DNA of 64,000 nucleotides. Source: Macrostomum lignano. Its lineage: Eukaryota. A program made the position numbers and the translations under genes. This document shows positions 36,601 to 48,127 of the stretch, piece after piece. The number at the start of each line of letters is the position of its first letter. Positions within the stretch are counted from its first letter, which is position 1. The stretch lies in NCBI GenBank assembly GCA_002269645.1, contig NIVC01001641.1:138394-202393 (forward strand), written 5' to 3'. The notes beneath the pieces were generated by a model that did not search any database, had not been told where the DNA came from, and was given only the letters and a program-made list of their open reading frames with translations.

Positions 36601-39312
36601 CAGTGTTGGATCGGAGACTTCGGTTGGTCAGGATGGGTCAGTGTTGGATCAGGGACTGTCGGTGGGTCAGGATATGTCAGTCTTGAATTAGGGGATGTCG
36701 GTGGGTCAGGATAGGTCAGTGTTGGATCAGGGACTGTCGGTGGGTCAGGATAGGTCAGTGTTGGATCAGGGAATGTCGGTGGGTCAGGATGGGTCAGTGT
36801 CGAAATTCGGCAGGAAATAATTCCCAAGACAAGTGAGCGCGCGCGATACGTCAGACTCTCACCTGCAGAGCGCTAAACGAATACGGCAGTTCGACCGCCC
36901 GCTCCAGCTCGCCTTCTTCTTCCAGAACCCGCAGGCTGGCCAGCCGCTGCTCCTGGGTGGCCACCTCATGGGGCTGGATTGGCGGCTCCGACCTGCCCAG
37001 GCCGCCGCCCAGCATGGTCGGCGTTGAAGTTGACAGGCCGCCAGCCGACGAGGCGCCGGCGGGCGACGCGGTCGGCGATGATGCGGCGGCGCGGTGCTCG
37101 GAGTCGGCAATGAGGCCCAGGGCGGCTGTTGAAGCGAATTGGTGGATGCGTGAGGCTGGGACTGGGAGGCTGACCCAGCAACTGAGGATCTGGGAGGCTG
37201 ACCCAGCAACTGGGGATCTGGGAGGCTGGCCCAGCAGCTGGGGATCTGGGAGGCTGGTCTAGCAGCTGGGGATCTGGGAGGCTGGCCCAGCAGCTGGGGA
37301 TCTGGGAGGCTGGCCCAGCAGCTGGGGATCTGGGAGGCTGGCCCAGCAACTGGGGATCTGAGAGGCTGGCCCAGCAACTGGGGATCTGGGAGGCTGGCCC
37401 AGCAGCTGGGGATCTGGGAGGCTGGCCCAGCAACTGGGGATCTTTCAATTTACAAGTGTGCATTACTAGGCTCCATAAAGCTACGAATAGGAAAAGGCCG
37501 GTCACAAAAACACAGCGTGAGCAGCAGCGCACCGGATGAGCTGGACTTGAGCAGCTTGCCGGTCTCGCCAGGCCACACCGGGTGCGAGCTGTACAGCAGG
37601 GAGGAGAACTCCGGCTGCTGCTGCTTCTTCCCCGCATCGTCGCCGCGCTGCTGCGATTCGCCCGTCAGCATCGAGCAGGAGTCCTCGCCAGGGCCGCAGC
37701 CGCTCTCGTCCAGTCGAGAGTTCTGGTTGCTAAGCGCGCTGTCGTCAAGGGAACGAGGCGCGGAAGCAAAATTCGTGGAAGCCTTGGCCGGCCGCTCGTT
37801 GGCCAGCCGGAGCAGCATCTCGTCCGCGTACAGATGCCAGTTGTTCTCCCGCGAGATGCGGCTGGCCTGACAGCAGGTGGTCAGCATCTCGTGCGAGATT
37901 CTGGCGTGGACGCCCATCACGTGACGCCTGGCGTCGGCCAGGGTGCTGGGGCGGACGCTGTTGCCCGGCCGGCGCACCGTGTGGAAGACGCGGCCGCAGA
38001 TGCACTTGTACGCCACGGTTTTTCCGCGGGCAATCTGCCTGACCAGCTGGTACTTGGAGTAGGCCCGCATCTTCGCCACCAGACTGTCCTGGTGCGGCCG
38101 GTCGCTGGCGTCCCGGAGCAGATGGCGGAGCACCGCCTCAGAGAAGGGCAGGTTGATCACCTGGCGGGGAGGCGACGGACAGACACTCCTAGAGTCCGTT
38201 CTGCTTATTGACATTCAGTCTGGCACTCTTAGATTCAGTCTGACACTCTCAGATTCAGTCTGGCACTCTCAGATTCAGTCTGGCACTCTCAGATTCAGTC
38301 TGGCACTCTCCGATTCAGTCTGGCACTCTCAGATTCAGTCTAGCACTCTCAGATTCAGTCTGGCACTCTTAGATTCAGTCTGGCACTCTCCGATTCAGTC
38401 TGGCACTCTCCGATTCAGTCTAGCACTCTCAGATTCAGTCTGGCACTCTTAAATTCAGTCTGGCACTCTTAGATTCAATCTGGCACTCTCAGATCCAGTC
38501 TGGCACTCTTAGATTCAGTCTGGCACTCTTAAATTCAGTCTGGCACTCTCCTATTCAATATTTCAGTCTCCTATCTAATGTCATTTTTTCGTTTGATCTG
38601 GCACTGATACTCAATCTGTCACTATTCTATTCAATCTGTCACTCCGCACACCAGAAAATCTCGCGAGTTCGCACCTCCTCCTCGTCAACCCCGTCGGCCT
38701 CCTCAAAGTGGCTGGGGTTCTGGCCGAAGTGCAGCATGGCGCCTTTCCCAGCCGTATCGGTGAAGCCCGTCGATGAAGAAGCGGTGACAGCGGAACCCGC
38801 CGCAGTGACGCCGTCCACCGAGGACGGCGTTGACGGCGGCTTCAGCTGTTGAGACAAGCTGGACGGAGGCTCCAGCACCGCGGCAGCGTCCGGGTCAAGC
38901 ATCATCACATCCTCGGCGTCCTCAGACGAACCGGCGGCCCTGGGGTCGGACTGGCGAACCCGAACGAATTCCCTAGCGAGCCGGATGAGCTTGTCGTCGG
39001 AGAGCAGGGTGTACTCAGCCGGGTCCAGGCGGGACGCCTGCAGGCAGTAGCGGAAGTGCTTGGTTGAAATGCCGCAGTGGGCGCCCAGGATGTGCTTGCG
39101 AACGTCGGCCAGAGCGTGCGGCGAAGCGTAATTGCAGGAGCCGCACAGGTACTTCTTGCCGTTGCGGGCATCCACTATCACGTACAGAGTGGAGTAGGTG
39201 GCCATCTTGGCGATGAGGTACTCCTGCAGTGCGGAGGGGAAGCTGGACTTGGGACTGCGGTGTCTTAAGATGTGCCTGCCTGCCTGCCTGTCTGTCTGTC
39301 TGTCTGTCTTAG

Positions 39313-39369
<57 letters not shown>

Positions 39370-39413
39370 GACCGTCTGTCCGTCTCTCTTTAATGTCTTT
39401 CTGTCTGTCTTAG

Positions 39414-39466
<53 letters not shown>

Positions 39467-42400
39467 TTAATGTCTTTCTGTCTGTCTGTCTGTCTTAGTG
39501 TCTGTCCATCTGTCTGTCTGTCTGTCTGTCTGTCTGCCTGTCTGTCTGTCTGCCTGTCTGTCCCTCTGTCTTAGTGTCTTGGTGCCGTACTGTCTGTCTG
39601 TTGGTGTGTCTTTAAATGCAAACCATCAAACATCCAGAAGCAGCCAATCAATCACCTGCGACTCCCTGCTGAAGTGCTGGGTCAGCTGCCTGAGCACGGC
39701 GGTACTGTACGGCAGCGGCACCCGGTGGCGAAAGGCGTCGATGCGCACCGGCCGTGGCAGGCTGCGCTCGTTCTCGGGCTCGGATTTGCGAACCTGCGGT
39801 AAGCGGCAGATTATAATGAGCGAGTGTACTACTGCCGCTTGGCGGATGTAGTAGTATGCGAGGGACATGAAAAATGCAGTATACAGTGAAACAGTGAATT
39901 TTTGGCGGGGTTGATCAGAGATTATTGGGTAGGGTTGTTGAGTAGACTATTTGATAGGGTTGAGTAGACTGTTGGGTAGGATTGGGTAGATTATTGGCTG
40001 GGGTTGGGTAGACTACTGGATAGGGTTGGGTAGACTGTTGGGTAGGGTTGAGTAGACTGTTGGGTAGGGTTGAGTAGACTGTTGGGTAGGGTTGGGTAGA
40101 CTATTAGGTGGGGTTGGGTAGACAATTGGGTGGGGTTGGGTAGACTGTTGGGTAGGTTTGGGTAGACTATTGGGTGGGGTTGGGTAGACAATTGGGTGGG
40201 GTTGGGTAGACTATTGGGTGGGGTTGGGTAGACTATTGGGTGGGGTTGGGTAGACTATTGGGTGGGGTTGGGTAGACTATTGGGTGGGGTTGGGTAGACG
40301 ATCAGGTGGGGTTGGGTAGACTATTGGATGGGGTTGGGTAGACTGTTGGGTGGGGTTGGGTAGACTGTTGGGTGGGGTTAGGTAGACTTTTGGGTGGGGT
40401 TGGGTAGACTGTTGGGTAGGTTTGGGTAGACTATTGGATGGGGTTGGGTAGACTATTGGGTGGGGTTGGGTAGACGATCGGGTGGGGTTGGGTAGACTAT
40501 TGGATGGGGTTGGGTAGACTGTTGGGTGGGGTTGGGTAGACTGTTGGTGGGGTTAGATAGACTTTTGGGTGGGGTTGGGTAGACTATTGGGTGGGGTTGG
40601 GTAGACTATTGGGTGGGGTTGGGTAGACTGTTGGGTAGGTTTGGGTAGACTATTGGGTGGGGTTGGGTAGACGATTGGGTGGGGTTGGGTAGACGATTGG
40701 GTGGGGTTGGGTAGACTGTTGGGTAGGTTTGGGTAGACTATTGGGTGGGGTTGGGTAGACTATTGGGTGGGGTTGGGTAGACGATTGGGTGGGGTTAGGT
40801 AGACCCACCAGGGTGATGGCGCCGGCTTTGTTGCTACCCGGAACCGGCTGAGTGAACTTCAGGCAATCTCGCACGGTGTCTCTCGGTATGCCCAGATGAA
40901 CGCTAAGCAGATGCCGTTTAAAATCGCCCAGGCCGTAGGGAAAGGCCCGCTTGCATTCCGGGCACTCCGGGATGCGGCGCTGGTTCTCGCGGCCCAGGAT
41001 TTTCACTCGATAGCCGCAGAACAGCTTCATCTTGGCGATGAGGGTCTCCGTGGCGGCCGTAGCCGGCCTGGCGGCCCTGTAGGCCTCCTCGTGGAACGGG
41101 AAACTCACGTACTCGGTGGTTTCGCTGGACACGTCTAGACGGGGCACTTTTGTACCGTCGGCTGTTGCTGGACCGGCTGCGGCGGCATTGGCGGCGGCTG
41201 GTGACGCAGAGATGAGGGAGGCGAGCGCTGAGCTGGGCTGCTCATCCAGTGGCCGCTTCCGAACCAGCTGCAGGAGCTGCTGCTGCTGCTGAGGCTGCGG
41301 CTGTGGCGGCGGTGGCGGCGGCGGCGGCAGCTCCTCAACGAGCGTCTTGGCCAGCATTACGCGAGAAGTGCGAATGTCTTCTTGGAGCAGAGTGGCCTGA
41401 AATAAAAGTTGAAATTTGAAACTTTCCACTGAGGATCAGGGGAGGATTCCACTGAGGATCAGGGGTGGATTTCACTGAGGATCAGGGGTGGATTTCACTG
41501 AGGATCAGGGGAGGATTCCACTGAGAATCTCGGGAGCGGATTCCACTGAAGATCAGGGGAGGATTCCACTGATGATCAGGGGCGGATTCCACTGATGATC
41601 AGGGGCGGATTCCACTGAGGATCAGGGGAGGATTCCACTGATGATCAGGGGCGGATTCCACTGATGATCAGGGGCGGATTCCACTGAAGATCAGGGGAGG
41701 ATTCCACTGAGGATCAGAGGCGGATTCCACTGAGAATCTCGGGAGCGGATTCCATTGAAGATCAGGGGCGGATTCCACTGATGATCAGGGGCGGATTCCC
41801 AGTTATAACCCGAGTTGGCAGTGCAGCAGAGGACAATAAAATGAGTCGAAGACTCCAGCCCGAAGAAAGGGTTGCGCCACTGAATTTCCCCGCAAGCCTC
41901 GCTGCCCTGTGAAGAATTCAACGAGTCGTTCGCGGGCACGATGACGTCACAATGAATGACGTCATTCTAATCGAAATGAAGCCCCCAGAAAGCCCAAGAG
42001 GACCGGACAATGATAGAATGAACTCTGGCACAATTGCCCAACAACAAGCCTGCGCAACACTCGACCCTGTTCCACACAACCCCTGCCTCTCTTCCTGTCG
42101 AGTCGAGCCAAATGCAGACGAGACCCGGTCGATGCGGACCGGACAGTCAGTGCAACTCAGTACCACTCACCCACACTGACCGGCCAGTCATTCAGCGCGG
42201 TATCTCCCTCCCTCTCTCCCTCTATAGGGGAGCATTCTGTTCATCCAGACCCGGCCATCTGCGCGGTCCTTCGACAAGCAAGCAGCGGCCGCCCAAGGCC
42301 CCGGCAGTGTTCCACGCCAGCCATGGAGCTTCATCCGTTTTGCCTGCCTTTCCCGCCAACCCCTAGCGCGGCCGGGTTCCTCCCCCACCCACACCACAGG

Positions 42401-44143
42401 CCTTCACTGCAGTCAAGGCCCGGCCGCTGTCGCGCTGCAATCATCCGCTGTGCTTCCTCTCCTCTCTCTCTCTCTTTCTCTCACTGCAGACAGACTCCTG
42501 GAGAGCCTGGAGCTTCAACCGCCGGCCTGCGTCCGTCGGGACGGGGTGAGGATGGAGGAAAGAGAGACGACCGGGGGCCCCAAGGACGAATGCAGCCCCG
42601 ACAGTGAAGGGGCAGGCAGGCGGGCAGGCAGAGACGGGCAGGGCCGCTGCGTGTGGAAATGGAAGAGAGGAGAGGAGAGATGGAGGCACTGAAGGCAGGC
42701 AGGCCGGGGGACCCCGCCCGATTCAGGGCTGCCTCGGCGTTGGAGAGGCAGGCAAGCAGGCAGGCAGGCGGGGCTTTGAGGTGAAAAAGGAGGCTCTGCC
42801 CGATACAGCCAGCCAGAGCCCACAGCCGAAGCCACAGCAGGCGCGGTCGTGACGCTGACTGGGGGGGGGGGGGCCGCGGCAAGGCCAAATGAGGCAGGCC
42901 TCTGGACCTTGGCGGCTGGGCGGGGGCAGAGAAGCAGAAGAGAGACCGAGGAGGAGAAAGAGGAGCCGGGGGGCGGGTAGGAGGCGGACAGGCAGGAGCT
43001 GAGCTGACTCACTCGATCTCGGCATTCAAACAGACAGCGCAGCGCAGGCAGGAGATGCAGCGAGAATGCGAATAGACAGGCGGGCGCACAGGAAGCAGCA
43101 GCAGGTGCAAAGACTGTTGATGCCGCAGATGCTTTTCCGCCAGCCCTCAGCTTCTATCGCTGAATCTTGCCTTTCCCATTCTGTCTGGATCGTCTCTGAT
43201 TGCGCCCCGGCGACGCAACTGCGAAATCTCGCCAAGAGAAGAAGAAAATGAATTAAGAATTTTCCAGAAATTTCTGTCATCGTGGCCGGTGCAAAAGAAA
43301 CCGCGCCCCAAAAGAAATCGAAGAGGCGAGACCCGCGAGCGAGGGCCACAGGCCCGCCCGCGGCACACAGGAAGGGGAGCGGGGAGGTGGGGAAACGCAC
43401 GCGCAGGGCACAGGCTAGTGGAAAGGCCTGAACAGAGGAAATGGAAGTCAAGCCCCGTCCAGCTTAGAAGGGTGTCGCTAAAGGAGGTCATAAATGCACA
43501 ACCGCCCGAGTTGAACTGAGTTGAATGCTCTGGCTTCCTTCAATGCGTCTGAGTTTCCACTCTCACGGTGGGCGCCAAATGTTGAGCTGGAGCACAACTC
43601 ACGCAATGTGTACATAGAGAGAGCAGCCACACACAGTTATAGCATTGCTGAAATCATTCAGCGCATTTCTACTTTCCACCTTCGCTACAAGCGTATGCCG
43701 CGCAGACAGTCACACACACGCACGCACAGACTGTCAAGCGGCTGACAATCCGGCCCAGCAGACACTGACGGGGTAAGAAAGGCAGGCAGGCGGCCAGTCC
43801 AATGCGCGAGTGCGTACACAACGCGACAGCCACGCAGCGCCCGGCCAGCAGTGACACAGCCCAGCCTGCTAGAATTTAGGTGGGGTGGCGGCAGCGGCTG
43901 GAGGACCCGCGCGAGGCCCGCCTAAGCTTCTAGTCTCTCTCCACTGCCTGTCGCCCTCTCTCACTCGGGGGTCCGCAACCTCCCCGATTCTCTCTCGCTG
44001 AGCGGCGCAGTTGCAGGCTGCAGCCAGCGGCTGGGGAGAGGAGGTCGCTGCAATCTCTCGATGCGGTCCCGGCCTCTGGGAAACAGTGTGAGAGAGGCAG
44101 AGAAGCTCTCTCTGTCAGGCAGGCCGCACGCAGCAGCGCGGGT

Positions 44144-44204
<61 letters not shown>

Positions 44205-47200
44205 CTGCCTCTCCTCTCCGTGGCTCGGCCCCCGGGACAGTCCAGACCGCGGGGCTTCCGCTCCCTCGGTCCACCTCAACACAGCGGCAGGTTGCAAAAT
44301 CTGGGCCAAGGCCGCTGATTGCCTCTCCGACCTCCGTCACCTCCGTCACCCCCCTCCCCCGTCTCCGCCGCGGCGCTCTCTCGACCCGACCGTCGTTGGT
44401 CAGTCAGCAAGCAACTTGGTTCCGCTGTAACCTTCCGCCTACTTCAAGTTAAGCCTTGCCTAGGTAAAGCCTGAAGACACTGTTATAATCCGCATTAGGG
44501 GTCGGCTCGACTGACTTATGCCAGGTTGCCAGGTTACTAGCGGGCGGCCAGACTGCACAGATTCTATAGCTAGAGCTAGAAGGCCAAGGCAATGGGTGAC
44601 TTGGACTGCGACTGACTGCTGAGCTTCATTCTCTCTCAAGCGATCGAGCGGGCAGGAGGCCCACCGCCGCCACCGCCGCTGCCGCCGTGGCACGCGCGCA
44701 CACAGAGAGAATTCTCTCTGTCTCGCTCTCTCTTGAATTCCTTCCTTCTCTCTTCTCTCTGCCTGCCCGCCTGCCTCTTCGTCGGTCGCGTCAGCCAGCC
44801 AGCCAGCCAAGGCGGGCGGGCACGGCAGCTTTGAGAGTCCCCGAGGCCAAGAAGAGCCTCGCAGCGTAGCAATATAGAAATGTACACACACACACACACA
44901 CACTGGCGCAGCACACGCGAGCGGGCAGTCGCCGCCCCACCCCAACCGCCTCCCTTCAGCCAGCTCGATCTTCTTTCTTTCGAGGCCTTGCCTGGCCCGC
45001 CTGCCCGACAGACGAAGCCTCCCCGAGGCAGCCAAGGCAGCCAGCAGTCGGGGCAAAGGCACACAAGCGCAGATAAACTCGGCGGCCCACCTCAATCAAG
45101 CTGCACACACACACACACTGCGCGACATGCCTCTTCAACAACAGAGTGCTGCACTGGTCGAGCAGTCAGTTAACCTGCCTGCCGCCCGCTTTAGCCAGCA
45201 GCAGCAGCAGGTCTAAAATTAAATGACCACTTAGTTACTAGTTGGTGAATTGATATGATCGAATATTGCCTGATTTTCATGCTCTATATATAGGCTAATA
45301 TGCAGGTGTGTTTGAGCACTGCTTTGAGACCACTGCTGATGACAGGGCAGGGCCTCCGCTAAACTCGAGAGTTCCAGTGCCCGATAAAGGCAGATAGGTG
45401 GCCAATAATGACGATATTAAATTTGGAGATTAATATGATGCACTGGCTGTGCATAATAAGAATAATTCCTTTACATACCGAAAGCGAATTGCCCTCTCAT
45501 TGGGACTCGTCACCAACAGTCGTGAGAATCGCCCTTAATAGCCTTGAGAATCGCCCTCAATAGCCTTAAGAATCGCCTCCCACCTCCAGGACAGCCTTTA
45601 GAATCGGCCCAATCAGGACAGCCTTGAGAAGCGCCCCACTCAGGACAGCCTTGAGAAGCGCCCCACTCAGGACAGCCTTGAGAAGCGCCCCACTCAGGAC
45701 AGCCTTGAGAATCGCCCCCCTCCAGTACAGCCTTGAGAATCGCCCTCAATAGCCTTAAGAATCGCCTCCCACCTCCAGTACAGCCTTGAGAATCGCCCCC
45801 AGTACAGCTTTAAGAATCGCCCCCCAGTAAAGCTTGAGAATCGCTCTATTCCCCCCAGGACAGCCTTGAGAATCGCCCCCCCCCCAGGACAGCCTTGAGA
45901 ATCGCCCTCAACAGCCTTGAATCACGCCATGACTGCCAGACACTGAGCTAATTAGCATACCGTAAGCAAATGAAAGCTCATCTCACCTCGGGACTGTCAG
46001 GATGCGCAGACGCAATGTGCTCCAGAATCAATGCAGCATCCGTGGCCGCGGCGCCGCACTCTGAGCAGTGGCACAGTGTATAAGCAACAACGCTGGCTCC
46101 AGCCTCCCCAGCATCATCAGATTGCCTAGCGAAGCCACTGCCACGACAGTCGGAGCAGAGATGCCGCAGGAATTTGCCCCAATCCACGGTGGCGAACTGG
46201 CAGGCCGGGCAGCGCAGGCCGAACACGGGCGGTCCGGCGGGTTTCTCCGGATCGGCGGCATCGGATTTGACAGTCAGACTGGCTGACGGCGGGTCGGCGA
46301 GAGGCGGCAGGCTCAGATAAGACACTGGCCGGGCAGCGCACGCCAGGTAGTCAATGCTGGCTATGGCCGTGGCCGGCTGGCTCGGGTGCCGCTTGGCCAG
46401 ATGGCGCTGCACTGCCAGCTTGCTGGCGCTCTTCACCAGACAGCCGGGCACCTCGCAATGGTACAGCGGCCGGACGCTCTCCTCCAGGTGGGCTGGGCGA
46501 AGTAATCAGGCATGTACTTTTAGATGGAATCGGGGCTATCGGTATAGAGAATATGATTGATTGTGCTCGACTCTTAGGCTTAAAGATGAGGGGAGATTCT
46601 CAGTGCTTAAGACCAGGGGCGATTCTCAGTGCTTGAGATTAGGGGCGATTCTCAGTGCTTGAGACTAGGGGAGATTCTCAGTGCTTGAGACTAGGGGTGA
46701 TTCTCAGTGCTTGAGACTAGGGGTGATTCTCAGTGCTTGAGACTAGGGGTGATTCTCAGTGCTTGAGACTAGGGGTGATTCTCAGTGCTTGAGACTAGGG
46801 GTGATTCTCAGTGCTTGAGACTAGGGGTGATTCTCAGTGCTTGAGACTAGGGGAGATTCTCAGTGCTTGAGACTAGGGGTGATTCTCAGTGCTTGAGACT
46901 AGGGGTGATTCTCAGTGCTTGAGACTAGGGGTGATTCTCAGTGCTTGAGACTAGGGGTGATTCTCAGTGCTTGAGACTAGGGGAGATTCTCAGTGCTTGA
47001 GACTAGGGGTGATTCTCAGAGTGCTTGAGACTAGGGGAGATTCTCAGTGCTTGAGACTAGGGGTGATTCTCAGTGCTTGAAACAAGGGGTGATTCTCAGT
47101 GCTTGAGACTAGGGGAGATTCTCAGTGCTTGAGACTAGGGGAGATTCTCAGTGCTTGAGATTGGGAACGATTCTTAATGCTTGAGATTCTCAGGGTGATT

Positions 47201-48127
47201 CTCAGTGCTTGAGATTAGAGGCGATATCAAAGGTAGAGAATAGGGGCGATTCTCAAAGGTAGAGAATAGGGGCGATACTCAAAGGTAGAGAATAGGGGCG
47301 ATACTCAAAGGTAGAGAATAGGGGCGATACTCAAAGGTAGAGAATAGGGGCGATTCTCAAAGGTAGAGAATAGGGGCGATTCTCAAAGGTAGAGAATAGG
47401 GGCGATTCTCAAAGGTAGAGAATAGGGGCGATACTCAAAGGTAGAGAATAGGGGCGATACTCAAAGGTAGAGAATAGGGGCGATACTCAAAGGTAGAGAA
47501 TAGGGGCGATTCTCAGATTCTCAAAGGTAGAGAATAGGGGCGATACTCAAAGGTAGAGAATAGGGGCGATTCTCAGATTCTCAAAGGTAGATAATAGGGA
47601 CGATTCTCAAAGGTAGATAATAGGGGCGAACCAGTTGATTTCCAGAGCATCAGAGGCCAAGCCCAGTGCAGGCCGGTGCTGGCAAGAAGAGGCTCACCTG
47701 CAAGTTGCACGGCGCTGCCGAACACCTGGCCGCAGCAGCCGCAGGCGCAGTCCTCCATCCGGCCGCTGTGCAGTCCGTGGCAATGATCGAGAAAGGCGGT
47801 CTTGTCCTCCAGATAGGCTGAGCAGTGAGGACACGGGTACAGGTCCTGGGCGGTGGCTGCGGAGAAGTGACGCAGCTGGTGCTCGCCAATGTCAGCAGCG
47901 GGAACCTGGGTGAGGCAGTAGGGACACACGGACTCGACAGCGTTGTGCTCTGCGGCCGCGTGCTTGCCCAGCTGGCTGGGGTCCCAGGTTGAGTAAGCCA
48001 GGCAGAAGCCGCAGACACAGCAGGCGCTAGCAGACTCGAGTCGGTGCGCCAGCTGCTCATATTTGGCGTGCTGCGAGTCCTTGTCGAGCAGGGCGGCCCG
48101 CTGCTTGCGGAGCTTTGACACTGTCAG
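33680..48127 (-). CDS. Large multi-C2H2 zinc-finger nuclear protein (at least 1659 aa, about 15 fingers, long acidic tract), exons 48127-47698, 46492-45987, 41396-40809, 39793-39656, 39223-38675, 38160-37533, 37125-36863, 36313-35834, 35077-33680; start codon not identified
   Basis: Repeated CxxC..HxxxxH motifs (CPYC..HQLRH, CPHC..HCHGLH, CEVPGC..HLAKRH, CSEC..HIASAH, CSWC..HIVRDH, CHLC..HFTEAH); basic RKRPR motif followed by about 105 aa of Glu/Asp-rich sequence. All nine exons join in phase (4980 nt, stop at 33680-33682). A break into two genes at the 45986-41397 intron cannot be excluded. Confidence 0.82.
35095..35760. repeat. Minisatellite, 23-bp unit GTAGATTCTCAGCTAGATTTAGG
   Basis: Direct tandem repeats visible. 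Confidence 0.95.
36355..36800. repeat. Minisatellite, about 39-bp unit GGGTCAGTGTTGGATCAGGGACTGTCGGTGGGTCAGGAT
   Basis: Direct tandem repeats visible. Confidence 0.92.
37155..37442. repeat. Minisatellite, 28-bp unit GGAGGCTGGCCCAGCAGCTGGGGATCTG
   Basis: About 10 copies. Confidence 0.93.
38212..38552. repeat. Minisatellite, 20-bp unit TTCAGTCTGGCACTCTCAGA
   Basis: About 17 copies. Confidence 0.95.
39273..39600. repeat. (TGTC)n microsatellite
   Basis: 4-bp periodicity. Confidence 0.95.
39925..40805. repeat. G-rich minisatellite, 22-bp unit GGGTAGACTATTGGGTGGGGTT (G-quadruplex-prone on +)
   Basis: Direct tandem repeats with three G runs per unit. Confidence 0.95.
41425..41800. repeat. Minisatellite, 23-bp unit GGATTCCACTGAGGATCAGGGGA
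   Basis: Direct tandem repeats visible. Confidence 0.93.
44146..44201. repeat. (CT)n microsatellite followed by CAG
   Basis: About 28 CT units. Confidence 0.97.
45520..45920. repeat. Minisatellite, variable unit AGGACAGCCTTGAGAATCGCCCC(C)
   Basis: Direct tandem repeats; inverted relative of the arrays at 46580-47630. Confidence 0.9.
46580..47630. repeat. Two abutting 26-bp minisatellites: GGGGTGATTCTCAGTGCTTGAGACTA (46580-47220) and GGGGCGATTCTCAAAGGTAGAGAATA (47225-47630)
   Basis: Direct tandem repeats sharing a TAGGGG(C/T)GATTCTCA core. Confidence 0.95.

Noticed and set aside
39224-39256. Upstream acceptors (CCGCAG|TCCC, TCCAG|CTTC) for the ZnF exon
   Set aside because: They are phase 2 and incompatible with the preceding phase-0 donor. 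The acceptor at 39223 restores the frame and the module alignment.
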